A stretch of DNA of 37,656 nt from Octopus sinensis (lineage: Eukaryota). Positions 11,772 through 22,779 of this stretch are shown piece after piece. The notes beneath the pieces are model-generated. The model was given only the letters and a program-made list of their open reading frames with translations, did no database searches and was not told the origin of the DNA. The stretch covers positions 1-37,656 of the forward strand of contig NW_021835487.1 of the NCBI RefSeq assembly GCF_006345805.1, in the 5' to 3' direction. The stretch's first letter is position 1, and the number at the start of each line of letters is the position of its first letter. The translations under genes and the position numbers were made by a program.

Positions 11772-11853
11772 GTTTAACAAATGATTAAAGATGATTAATG
11801 TAGATCATCACCCCGGACGATATAAACGGGCCGGACGCTATAAGTCACCACAA
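11772..11853 (-). repeat. Right arm of the 82-nt inverted repeat (partner 3753-3834)
   Basis: Direct reverse-complement match to 3753-3834. Confidence 0.9.
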
Positions 11854-12228
11854 TTATCATTTGTTAATTGTCAATAATTGACCTTAGTTAACTTTGATAT
11901 AATAGATTATTTTTATTTTTGACAGTCATTGACATTGATGGATCGCTCGCAACGCTCTACCAGGGCGCTTTCCAAAATCATATTATTTAAATTAATGTTT
12001 AAAAATAGGAGAATTATGGAATTTATTTTTAAAGGAAAGTATACAGGCTTTCTCATAAAAATGTTATTTTACATGTAAACAATACAGAATCTAAATGTTT
12101 TTTTAATATATCTAAAAATAGTGAAGCTTATAAACGGATTTCGTTTTATAGTTATTAATTCAATAATTAAAATAAAAAAATGTCTGACATTTATTTTCAA
12201 AAATTTCAATCATATATGTTAGACTTGC

Positions 12229-13152
12229 TTAATTAATTGTCAAACAAGAATTTTCCGATTCATTTTGTGATCCGTTAGAATTTAAATCATAAAAATTTAA
12301 ATTTTTATCTTTGATGTTCATGTTTATCTTGTCTGTGGGATAGTCGGTTATTTCAGTTTCTTCGTGCATACGCAAATGCTTTCGAAGAGAACATGGGTGA
12401 GTGTAACTTTTCTTGCATCTTTTATACTTGCAGAAATATGGTCTGTTTGTTATATGAACATGGGAATGTTTTTTTCTGTCCGAACTATTGGCAAAACGTC
12501 GACCACACCCATCAAATGTACAAATAAAAGGCTTTTCTCCTAAATTGATATTGAAAAACAGCTCACCAGTATGAGTTCGCTGATGGATTTTTAAATTTTC
12601 AGACCGAGCAAAAAACTTTCCACAGCAGTGACAACAAAATGGTTTTTCGCCAGTGTGAACTCGTATGTGGTTAACAAGCTTGTATTTTGCTTTAAATGGT
12701 TTGCATGTTCGTGTACAATCAAGCCACATACAACAATGTTCTTTTCTATCTGAATTACCTACATGATCAGCGGTAATATGATGAACAAAATCATTAAGTG
12801 ATATAAACATTTTTTCACAAATAATTTTGGAATAAATATTTGTATCATTTTCAATTAGCCATTTACAAACATAATGAGTTGAATTCACCATAATTTGATT
12901 TGAAAACAAAGGATTTGTGTAATTTTGATAATTTATATTTTCATCATAATTTGTGTTTAAATATGTTTGGGTTAAACTTGGACAACCTGGTGTTTCAATA
13001 TACTGGTATGGATTTTGTTGGAAAGTATTATCGACAAATGAACATGAAGATATATAAGGTTGATAGGAGTGCATATGGTCATAATCATATTTAAAATGAA
13101 GATCAGGAATAAAATAATGCTCCCTTGAGAGATCATAGGGTTGTTTTCGCAT
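12229..13152 (-). CDS. Zic: Zic/odd-paired family C2H2 zinc-finger transcription factor, with a 27-nt in-frame intron at 12540-12566
   Basis: Five Zic-type fingers: YVCKW...[19 protein letters not shown]...[68 protein letters not shown]. Removing GTGAG...TTTAG restores HTGEKP. Confidence 0.95.
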   Translation of the reverse strand: MRKQPYDLSREHYFIPDLHFKYDYDHMHSYQPYISSCSFVDNTFQQNPYQYIETPGCPSLTQTYLNTNYDENINYQNYTNPLFSNQIMVNSTHYVCKWLIENDTNIYSKIICEKMFISLNDFVHHITADHVGNSDRKEHCCMWLDCTRTCKPFKAKYKLVNHIRVHTGEKPFCCHCCGKFFARSENLKIHQRTHTGELFFNINLGEKPFICTFDGCGRRFANSSDRKKHSHVHITNRPYFCKYKRCKKSYTHPCSLRKHLRMHEETEITDYPTDKINMNIKDKNLNFYDLNSNGSQNESENSCLTIN

Positions 13153-14409
13153 ATAGGGAATTATATTTTTCGTTACAATTCATTTCATATATCTTTTTAT
13201 TTTCGATTTTGGAAGTCGGTTTTTTTCATAGTTCTTGCGTTCTAGAGTTATTAGTAAATTAAAAAGTCTGAAAAATAAATAAAGATTGCCCTTTTCCGGT
13301 TATAAAGAACACACTCAATAATTAGTGCACTACTTTAGGTAATTTTAAGCGGCTAGTCTTTATCTTTCTAGGGGTTCTTCAAATTATTAGTACTTTAAAA
13401 TCATAAAAAGTTTATATCAAACGAAAAGACATTTCAAACGCCCACTCTACTTAACTCTGATAACACTTAAAATCTTCAAAATTTTTCACAGCTAAAACAC
13501 AGCGATCGCTTAATTTTCAATAAATTTAAATCTAGCTATGCATCAAATAATAAATCGTTATATAAAAATTGTGCAAGCCCGTGCTGCCTTGACCACTCAT
13601 ATTATACTAACTTGCTTCGAATAAAAAATTAGACGGGAAATCAGCAAGGTGCATAGAAACAATTGAATCTTACTGTGCAGTGATTAGTTTTAGAAATAGT
13701 GCAGATTAACGTAGAAAATTCTGTATTATATTATTGCGGCAGTTTACGCGGCGTCTGAAAGTAATATTTTAGTTTGAATTAGAAATTTCTTAAAATACTT
13801 TTTATCGTTGAATCTGATGGTTTTAGATAAACTTGTATATTAAATCAATATAAAATGAATTTAATATTGGTTCTCATGGGACACATAAGAGAAGAATTTA
13901 AATGTTTAATTCTAACAAAATTGAGTTTAACCTAAAATATATTTATTCTGTTATTTATACAAAGCCAGTGTCGAATAGAATATTATCTAATAAAACAATA
14001 AACTCATCTGTAATTTAAACAAGCTGACATAATTATAAAATTAGCTCAGTAATAAAAATTGAAATAATTTCATCTTCATAACATGAAATAAATTCTATTT
14101 TTGATGCTTTAATGTCGAGAATGGAGAACTTTTAGCATAGTATCAAATGACCCTTTACTTAGACATTACATAAAAAGATGATGAAAGGTTTCGCTCAATT
14201 ATTATAGAGGAAATCCATAAATTAAAAAGACATTAACGGATGTAATTTTATTGAGCGCAGCACGTGATTTAAAAATCAGTTAAGATTTTTTAAATATTTT
14301 TATCAAAATTTGTTGAATTATTTTCATAAAGTGAGTTAATTTCAAATCACCTGAAAAAACATGTATTTGGATAAATAGAAACGAGTTTTTATTAACCACA
14401 CTTTTAAGC

Positions 14410-17400
14410 TAGTTGTTGTGGTGGGTGTGCATGTACGTTTCCAAGCAGTTAAGGAAACGAAACCTACGGGCCTTCCTGCAAATAAAAAAACTTAAAAAAG
14501 ACAGGACCGTCGCCTGGGACCTCACAATGCCACAAGAGCTAATGGTGTTAAAGAAGATCTTGTTGGTGATGCTGCCAAAACTACATTCTTGCTTTCTCTT
14601 TCTGCGATCATCGAAATGTCAATGGTGTCTCTGAAGGCGAATGGGTGTCTCAGATTGCCCTTGCCGCGAAGCAAAGACTTGGAAGGATGCCAAGAGGTGG
14701 TTGGAACCTTGTCCTGGAGAAGTTCAATGAGAAGTACTCGGCAAAGTGCTCCAGTTTATGCCAACTAAAGAGCATGGCTAGACGGAATAACAATGTGCAA
14801 GGGAGATGCGACTCTTCCAGAGTGCAAGATGATGTGGACGTGGAAATTTTCCAGTTTCAGAATTGCCTAGAGGAACTCAATTCCAAATTGGGAAAGTTCA
14901 GTCTATTCAGAGAGACTCTCGAAAGCCAACTCCAAAGGTGCAACGAAGGATGGTAAAAACTGATATCCTGGCTGGATTAATTCTGCAATTTATCATATTA
15001 CAAAAGATGATCCGCCCCAAGATATTAATCAAATTACCGATATTGTATATGCTGCACAGTGTGCTTATTTGGCCTTAACTACGAGAGCCAGACCACAGAG
15101 CACATGGTTGGAAAACACGGAAAGAAAAATCTCTAAATTAGCAGATGAAATTGACACAGTTCGTTCTTCTCCAAACAAACCTTGCCTCAGGCAGAAAAGC
15201 AAAAGGCAATGGATGTTCTCTGCCGCTACGGATATAAGAAGTCTAAGAAGGGGGAGCTAACCAGAATTGAGACTCTATTGAATGATCTAATTAGAATCAA
15301 AAAGAAACAGATATCTATCCATTCCTCGAGGAAAAATTTCCGGAAAGACAATGCGTGTTTTGAATTAAACCGCAGAAGATTTTATCGAAACTTATCTTCG
15401 CAACGAAGCCACCCTGTATGGGTTTGGTGATGGTGAGTGCTTATCATTTTGGGAAGATGTCTGGAGCAAGAGAAATATGGGGCCCGTAGTTTATGATTTT
15501 GTGGGTGTGAGGTGTACTGGCGGTGAAACCATGCGACCTCAATTCACAAGTGATTTTATTATGATATGCTCAAATATGCACCTGACTGGAAGGCATGCGG
15601 ATGCGACGGAACGTATAACTTTTTCTTAAAGAAGATGGATTCTTTGCATGGGTTTCTGTGTAAAGAGATAGTCCGAATAATTAATGGAGAGTACACGCCC
15701 GATAGCTGGTTTTACACTGGCGTAACTTACTTGATCCCTAAAAAAAGTGAGTGTGAGACCCCGAAGGACTTACGCCCTATAACGTGTATGCCAACTTTGT
15801 ATAAACTTGTCACCAAATGTGTTAATGCCAAACTGGCCGATTTCATCGAGGCATTTGGCTTAATCTCAGATAATCAGCTTGGGACGAGGAAGCAATGTCA
15901 AGGTGCCAAAGAGCAAGCCCTCATTAACCAATGCTTAAATAAGGAGTATGGAAATGGCCTCTATTCTGCTTGGGTCGATGTGAAGAAGGCATTTGACTCA
16001 GTTGATCACGAGTTCTTGTTCCACGTATTGGATTGCTCTGGAATACCACATTGGATTGTCAGCTTTGTAAAGAACATAGTCAAGAAGTGGACAGTAAACT
16101 TACATATCGATGGGAAAAGATTGGGAAGTAAAGTTAAGCCGGGGAATACTCCAAGGAGATTCATTGTCCCCGCTGCTATTCGTTATGGCGATGGATCCCC
16201 TAAGCAGGATGCTTAACTCCATGTTTCCCAAACTCGAAATTAGTCGGGAAGATCCCAATATGTTGACATACTCCACCAATCATTTCTTCTTTATTGACGA
16301 TCTGAAAATAGTTGCCCTCAAAGAAGATGTGTTAGTCAAAATGATGGAGGCTGTTAATGGATTTTTTTGAAAGTGTCGGCCTAGAGATGAATTCCGAAAA
16401 ATCAGCATCTAATGTGGAATCTTTATCATGCTGTGAGACTGTCGATGGAATCAACGGATATCGCTACTTGGGTGTACTTGAAGATGGCGGAAGTAATGTT
16501 CTCAAGAATAAAGTTATGGACTCCATATTGGAGAATGTCAAGAAGAGGATAACTATGTTGTCAAAAACAAACCTGAATGCTGTAAATTTGTTTTCGTGGA
16601 ATCAATGAATATGCATTATCCCTATATAATTATTATATTGGGCTAATCAATATTGACCTTACGAATTGATGATGATTGACCAACAAATACGCCGATTACT
16701 TACGACTCTCAAGTTACACCTCCAGCCTGCAAATAAGGAGAGGTGTATTTGGACCGCAAGACCCTTGGAAGAGGACTTGCCTCAATTTCTTTCAAAAGCG
16801 AATTAATGCTCTTCCAGTTTCTTAAAAGTTTGGAAAAACAGTCGACTACCTGTCTGCGGAGGTCGGGTATTCTGCGAGTAATAAAAGGAAAAAAATGGCA
16901 CTTAGCCACAATCGCAGAATTTCTTGTCTCCAAATATGCAGCTGTCGGCAGGGAAAATCTGACCATTGAGTTACTGAAGGACGCACAAAGGAAACTCTTG
17001 CTTAACCGAATTAACAGTAATCACTACACTCGGTGATGTTCAATGTTGGAGGAATCAGATGTCGACATATCTACTTCTTCGCATGGCTATCGAAAGGGAA
17101 CAATGGTCCACGAAGCGAAGCAATGTACTGTCTTTTGCAAGATAGGAATTTGTTCTTTGCATACACGGGATCACTATGCGTCCACTGCAAAAAAAGCAGG
17201 CAGACTGTTGACCATCTAGCCACGCGGTGTGGTAGGATGCTAAACAGTGATTATCTCCGAAGACACAACGAAGTGGTAAAGTGTATTCATCTCCACTTGT
17301 GTCGAATGTATGGAATAAAACGAAGCAGGAAATTGAAAGGACATTCAGTCGTGTCAACAATGTCGACCCAAAATGTCGAAATCAGAGTTGACACTTCAAT

Positions 17401-17923
17401 TATGACTGAAACAAAGGTTCAATTCAATAAACCTGATATCTTCGTTTATGACAAGAGGAAAAGAGAAATTCATTTAATCGAAGTGGGAGTTACCTCGCAA
17501 GACCGTTTAAAGCAAGTTGAAGTGGAGAAATTTCACAAATATGACCTGCTTGCAAACGAACTGTCGGTTCTCTATGAAGCAAAAGTGAAGATTATTCCAA
17601 TTGTCTTGACATGGGATGGAGTTGTCTCAAAGTTCTTTAAAAGTCATATGGACAAATTATCCATTGAAGAAGGAACGAGGACATACATCCAGTCGGTTGT
17701 GCTGAAGAGGACTCTAGAGAGTATGCTTATTGAACACAGACATGGGATGAAGGTAGACAACGAGGAGTACGCCTCTGCCGCCAATCAACTTGCGGAGCTG
17801 GCATGTCGTGAGGACACTCAGTTGAACAATTACTTTGACGCAGAAATGGAAAATGATGAGAATTTTGTTGCAAACTCTTCTTCCAAGCGAAGAAGAGAAA
17901 TCACTGACGATCTGGATTCTTAA
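14410..17923 (+). mobile_element. R4/Dong-like non-LTR retrotransposon (RT + CCHC + restriction-like endonuclease), many 1-nt frameshifts
   Basis: LRPITCMPTLYK, NQLG, DVKKAFDSVDH, GILQGDSLSPLLF, FFIDDLK, YRYLGV. CVHC...HLATRC, RRHN, KPDI...IEV...EKFHKY. The 5' boundary is approximate. Confidence 0.85.
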
Positions 17924-18040
17924 ATAATTTAAGATAGAATTTATAATAAATTATTTCACTAATATATCTTAGAAAAATAAAATTAGATTATTATTAATAT
18001 TCTGAAATCTAAATAAGTATTAAATAAAATAATTCATTGA

Positions 18041-18690
18041 ATGGTCTAAAAGCTTTTAATGGGAAATTGTTTTGAAATTTTCAAAAATAGAAGAGGTTGA
18101 TCAAGAAAAAAGTCATTATAGTTGGTGACAGTAATATTGGAAAGACATGTCTTTTGACTGTTTTTTCCAAAGGCGCATTTGTTTTGACACATGTTCCAAC
18201 AATTTTTGAAACTTATGTTGCCGCAATCGATCTTTTTTATAAAAGAAAAGTTTGTCCTGTTATATTAAAAAAGGTTCAATGTCATTCTGGGATACGTCGG
18301 GATCTGAAAGCCATGACTTAATTCGTCAATATGTTACAACGACGTTGATGCAGCTATCATATGTTATTCTATTGATGATCCTCTGAGCCTCAGTCACGTA
18401 ATTACAAAATGGAATCCTGAAATTCGTTTTTACTGTAATAAGTCCCATTCTTATTGATTGGCAACAACAAAGATAAACGAGAATTTAGCGAAAATGAAAT
18501 TGATTTTATTTCATTAGAAAAAGGAAAAGAATTTGCAACAAAAATAGGAGCTCTAAGGTTTATTTTTCAGTCATATAAATTATAGACATTTTGAATGCTC
18601 TGCGCTAACAAATGATGGAATAGAAGAAATATTCGAAGCGACAGCACAAGCGACATAAATCATTCATATTTATGGCTTTGCTGTTGTTAA
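18041..18690 (+). CDS. Atypical Rho-family small GTPase; needs four single-base frame corrections (pseudogene or sequencing error)
   Basis: ATG + 47-nt intron, then [56 protein letters not shown]. Further short introns start near 18250 and 18560. Confidence 0.75.
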
Positions 18691-18788
18691 AACATTTCTG
18701 AATCACGAATTATTTTCAAGCTAATTAATTTCAGATTTAATATTTTTAATGATGATATTTTTAAATTGGTAATGATTTTTATTAAGTA

Positions 18789-19966
18789 CAGTGAAACCTC
18801 TCGAATCCGCTGCTTCTCGAATCCGCCGCTTCTCGAACCGCTTGTTTTAATCAAAAATTTGAAATTTCCTATGAATGATTCTTGAATCCGCTTGTTTTCT
18901 CGAATCCGCTCCTCAAGTATTATGAAAAATAATTTTTTATTACATTTAAAATTTTCGTTACACGTTAAATTGTATTTTTTGTGATGCGTCGTTGTGTTAG
19001 ACTTTCTATCAACGAAAAAATTTCTATACTACGTTATTTTTCTGACAACCCATTTGTTTCTGGCACCTCAAATTTCCAGGATTTTTTCTTCACGATTAAA
19101 AAAGAAATTTTTTCCGAAAACTATAAACGACCTTAAATCAAAATCGGACCTTTTGAATAGGATGATATCAAAAAATTAAACATAATGAGAATTCCAAAAC
19201 TCAAATTTAATGAAATTGATGTAGCGATGATAACATGGATTGACTTAATGGAATCTAGTGGAGCAATTCTATCAGATTCGATGTTAATTGCAAAAGCTCT
19301 TAAAATTTTAAAAAATTTTCCAGAATTTAAAGCAAGTCGTGGGTGGCTAGAAAAGTCTAAATTACAAAATGGTATCAAGTCAGAAAATTTCATGGAGACA
19401 CTGGATCAGTAATCATGATGAAAAATCTATTGCTGATTTTAATGAAACAATCAGTTTAAAAACTGAACAATATGGATTGGACAATGTTTATAATTCAGAT
19501 GAAAGTGGTGTTTTTTACAAGGCGATTTCTTCTAAACATGTGTGCACTAAATCAAGGCCTGGAATAAAGTTATCGAAGGATCGATTTTCTTTACTATTAT
19601 GCGCAAATTGTTCTGGTTCCGATAAAAGAAGGCCTGTAATGATAGAAAGATTCAAAAGTCCAAGATGTTCTAAAAATTTCAACATTGGAAAATATGTTAC
19701 CTACACCCATTCCAATAAGACTTGCAATAGATAGATGATCTCTAAAATATTATGCGAATTGAGGAAATGTTATAAAATTTCTGATAATTTGAATATAAAT
19801 AATTTGTGTATTCAGTCATTTGTATATAAAAAGAATATTTAATCTATATTGTAAGTTCATGTTTCAACTATAAATTTTATTTAAATTGCCTCTCGAATCC
19901 GCCGATTTCTCGAATCCCCGATTTTTTGGTCGGTCCCAAAATCGGCGGATTCGAGAGGTTTTACTG
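18789..19966 (+). mobile_element. pogo/Tigger-like Tc1-mariner DNA transposon, internally truncated
   Basis: 22-nt TIRs CAGT(G/A)AAACCTCTCGAATCCGC with TA on both sides, plus subterminal TCTCGAATCCGC repeats. CENP-B-type HTH (FKASRGWLEK) and the start of a DDE domain (VYNSDESG, RFSLLLCAN). Confidence 0.9.
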
Positions 19967-20269
19967 TAATAGTTTTTGTATTAGATTCGTTTTAAATTTT
20001 TAAAGATTTTAATCAAATATTTTCAAGCCAAATACCAATTATTTTAATAAATTACTTTAATTTAGTCTCAAGTTTGAATCAATTAATGCTCTTTTAATAA
20101 AGTTTTCGTAAGAATCAAATTCAACTATCATGATTTTAATTCAAATTTTTAAAAACGTCAAAAAAGAGAAAGTTTTCCAGAGATCTGACCTATTGTGTTT
20201 CACATGCGTTGTCATGGCTGATGACATCACATATAGTTGATAATCATTCAATTTTTGAAACGTATATTA

Positions 20270-20490
20270 CTTCTCTAAGGGATGATTCGATTCCAGTTTC
20301 GGTAACATTGTTAAAAAAATTGCTTCAAACATTGCCAAAAAACTCTACTTAATTATTTGTAACCTTTGAGAATTGGTCTACTCTCTCTAAATGCAAAAAT
20401 ATTCACGTATGCAAGTAATTGCAATTGTTAGTTATACGTCGAAGATGTTTGAAGAACAAACTATAAAAAATTGTTGGGCTAAAATAAATA
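20270..20490 (+). pseudogene. Possible pogo/Tc1 DDE transposase remnant
   Basis: Fragments LPKNST and EQTIKNCWAKI resemble DDE_1 C-terminal motifs (LPxNTT, TIxNCW). Heavily degraded. Confidence 0.25.
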
Positions 20491-20913
20491 AAGGTAAATT
20501 TCGAGATGAAGGAGTCAATTAAATATTGATGATTATAGCGAAAATTAGATCGAAGACTTAATTTTTAATAAAGTACCACCTTAATTGTAGGTTCCTTGAT
20601 TTTTTACCAATGATGTCATTGCTAGATAAGATGAACATTTATCAATCCATTTTAATTAAATTATAATAAGTGGAATAATATTTTATTTAAATAATATTTA
20701 TTTTGGGTTTCTCCCCTTTGTTTCCAATTCGTCTCCTTCTGCCAGAATCATGAACCGGGATGCAGCGTCCATGTACTCGACGGAAAATTATTAATTAAAT
20801 CTGTCAGTAGCAGGTCAACATTTAAAATATATTATTAGACTCATCATAGAAACTAAGATAAACTGTATTCGTCAAATACTTTCAAAAACAACAAGTAATG
20901 ATTAATTTCTAAT

Positions 20914-21351
20914 TTATGCATCTTCCCTTAGTCGATTCTCCTCATTTTCGAACCAGACCCAATCTTCTCGATGGGCGCACTCATCCATTTCACAGGGCCG
21001 GATTCTCGGATAACCACTGACAAAATGTAAGCTCGTATGTGTCCTTAGAGACCAATTGAGTTGCGTGATGTTTATAGAATTTACTCACAACACAGTCTTA
21101 TATTGGTACCAATGGTACTATAGCTAGATAAGAAAACTGGTTCCAAGCACAAAGCACTACACGGAACAATTTTTAGAGTATCAGAAATATGCAGTTCGCT
21201 AAAAGGGGAATACATGTAAAATAAACGAAAATATAGGTAAAAAATGAATTTAAATAAAATTGTTGACAATGATAAAAATTTACCCGTTTCGGCAATTGAT
21301 TTGCACGTCTAAATCGCGATAGACTTCCAACAGTCCTTTCACTGGCTTCAT
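20914..21351 (-). CDS. Small (about 100 aa) Cys-rich hypothetical protein, 3 predicted exons
   Basis: The manual splice model reads MKPVKGLLEVYRDLDVQINCRNG/ELHISDTLKIVPCSALCLEPVF...CCE/THTSLHFVSGYPRIRPCEMDECAHREDWVWFENEENRLREDA*. Divergent from RPL32. No family recognised. Confidence 0.45.
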
Positions 21352-21612
21352 ATTTTAAATCACTAATAAGATTTTGGGTCTAACTGTTCAATATTTTAGT
21401 AATTTATGGTTCATAGTCAAAAAATTCATTAATAATTTTAAACAAAATTTGCTAGCGTGTGAGTCAATCAATGCTGAAAGTAGATTTTGGTCAAATTTGT
21501 ATCATTTATTTGATAGTTCAAACAAGATTTTTTTAATAATGATGGAGATTATAATTTATTTTAAAATTAATTTTAATTAATACAAATAAAGCACGTTTGA
21601 TTTTACGTGATT

Positions 21613-22123
21613 ATGGTGATATCTTTCGCCAGTCTTAATTTTATATTAGACAAAGCCACTAGTAAAATCAGTCAATAATATAAAAATCATTAAAAAGAGG
21701 ACCAAAAAATTCGTTCGCCATCAATCCGATAGATTTGCACGTGTGAAGGTATAAGAATTTTATTTTAATCTATAATTAGAAAAATTGGAGAAAGCCGAAA
21801 GGTATTGACAATGTGGTTCGCCAGAGATGCAAGGGAACAAGGAGAACCCCAAAGATAGGATATGGATCGAATAAACGTACCAAGAAAATGCTTCCAAATG
21901 GCTTAAGAAAATTTCGTATAAATACCATTAAAGTACCTTTTATTATCTAAATTTTTCATCGAAGGATGTTGATATCCTTCTAATGAATAATGGGAGATTT
22001 TGTGGTGAAATTGCTGGAACTATTTCCAGCCGTAAACGGAAGGCTATAGTGGAAAGAGCTGATCAATTGGGCGTTTACATAACCAATAGAAATGCCAAAC
22101 TTCGAACTGATCTTAAGGACTAG
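21613..22123 (+). CDS. RPL32: 60S ribosomal protein L32 (eL32), 3 microintrons
   Basis: [40 protein letters not shown]...[17 protein letters not shown]...NAKLR. The first intron directly follows the ATG. Confidence 0.95.
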
Positions 22124-22779
22124 TTTAATTTTCAATTTTTCATGATTTTAATAATTTTTGATTTAACTTTCCTGACAGTGATGGCTGGCTACTTTGCAGT
22201 CGGGAAAAATGTGTTTTTAAATAAAATTATGTCAGGGGAAATTTCTATCAACAATTTCAAATTAAAGCTTTGTAAGTAAAAATCATGAGAAAACTTGATA
22301 AGATAAATATTTTTATTTTTTAAAAAATCCAAATTTTAACATTTTTAGGTAGGACTATTCAATTATTTTTATATTTAAGCCATCGGCAAATTGTTCAAAT
22401 TATATCCTTCCTTTATTTTCAACTAAAAAATTTCTTAAAATAGAGTCTGGATCTGTTAACCAATTAACATTACAAAAAACATCTTATAAGACCACCGAAA
22501 ATAAAAAACTTAACGTTCTTATTTTACGTTTCATTCATACTAGTAAATTTTTAGTTTTAAATAAAGTTTCATTATACAGAGCAAAAAATTTTTGAGGAAA
22601 GATAAAAATATGTTTTTTAAACTGATTATCAAAATTTTTAGCTAATAAAAAAATAAAGTTTAATATTCTGACTATTAGTAGTTCCGCATTTTTAATCGGA
22701 AATATGAATTGCTATTTTAAGGATTTTTTGACGAAAATTCCTAATTTAAATTAAAAACGACATTAGATTCCACTCAAAA

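Noticed and set aside
18059-18099. MGNC N-terminal myristoylation/palmitoylation signal on the Rho GTPase
   Set aside because: That ATG is out of frame. ATG 18041 plus a 47-nt GT-AG intron gives an in-frame start without any correction.
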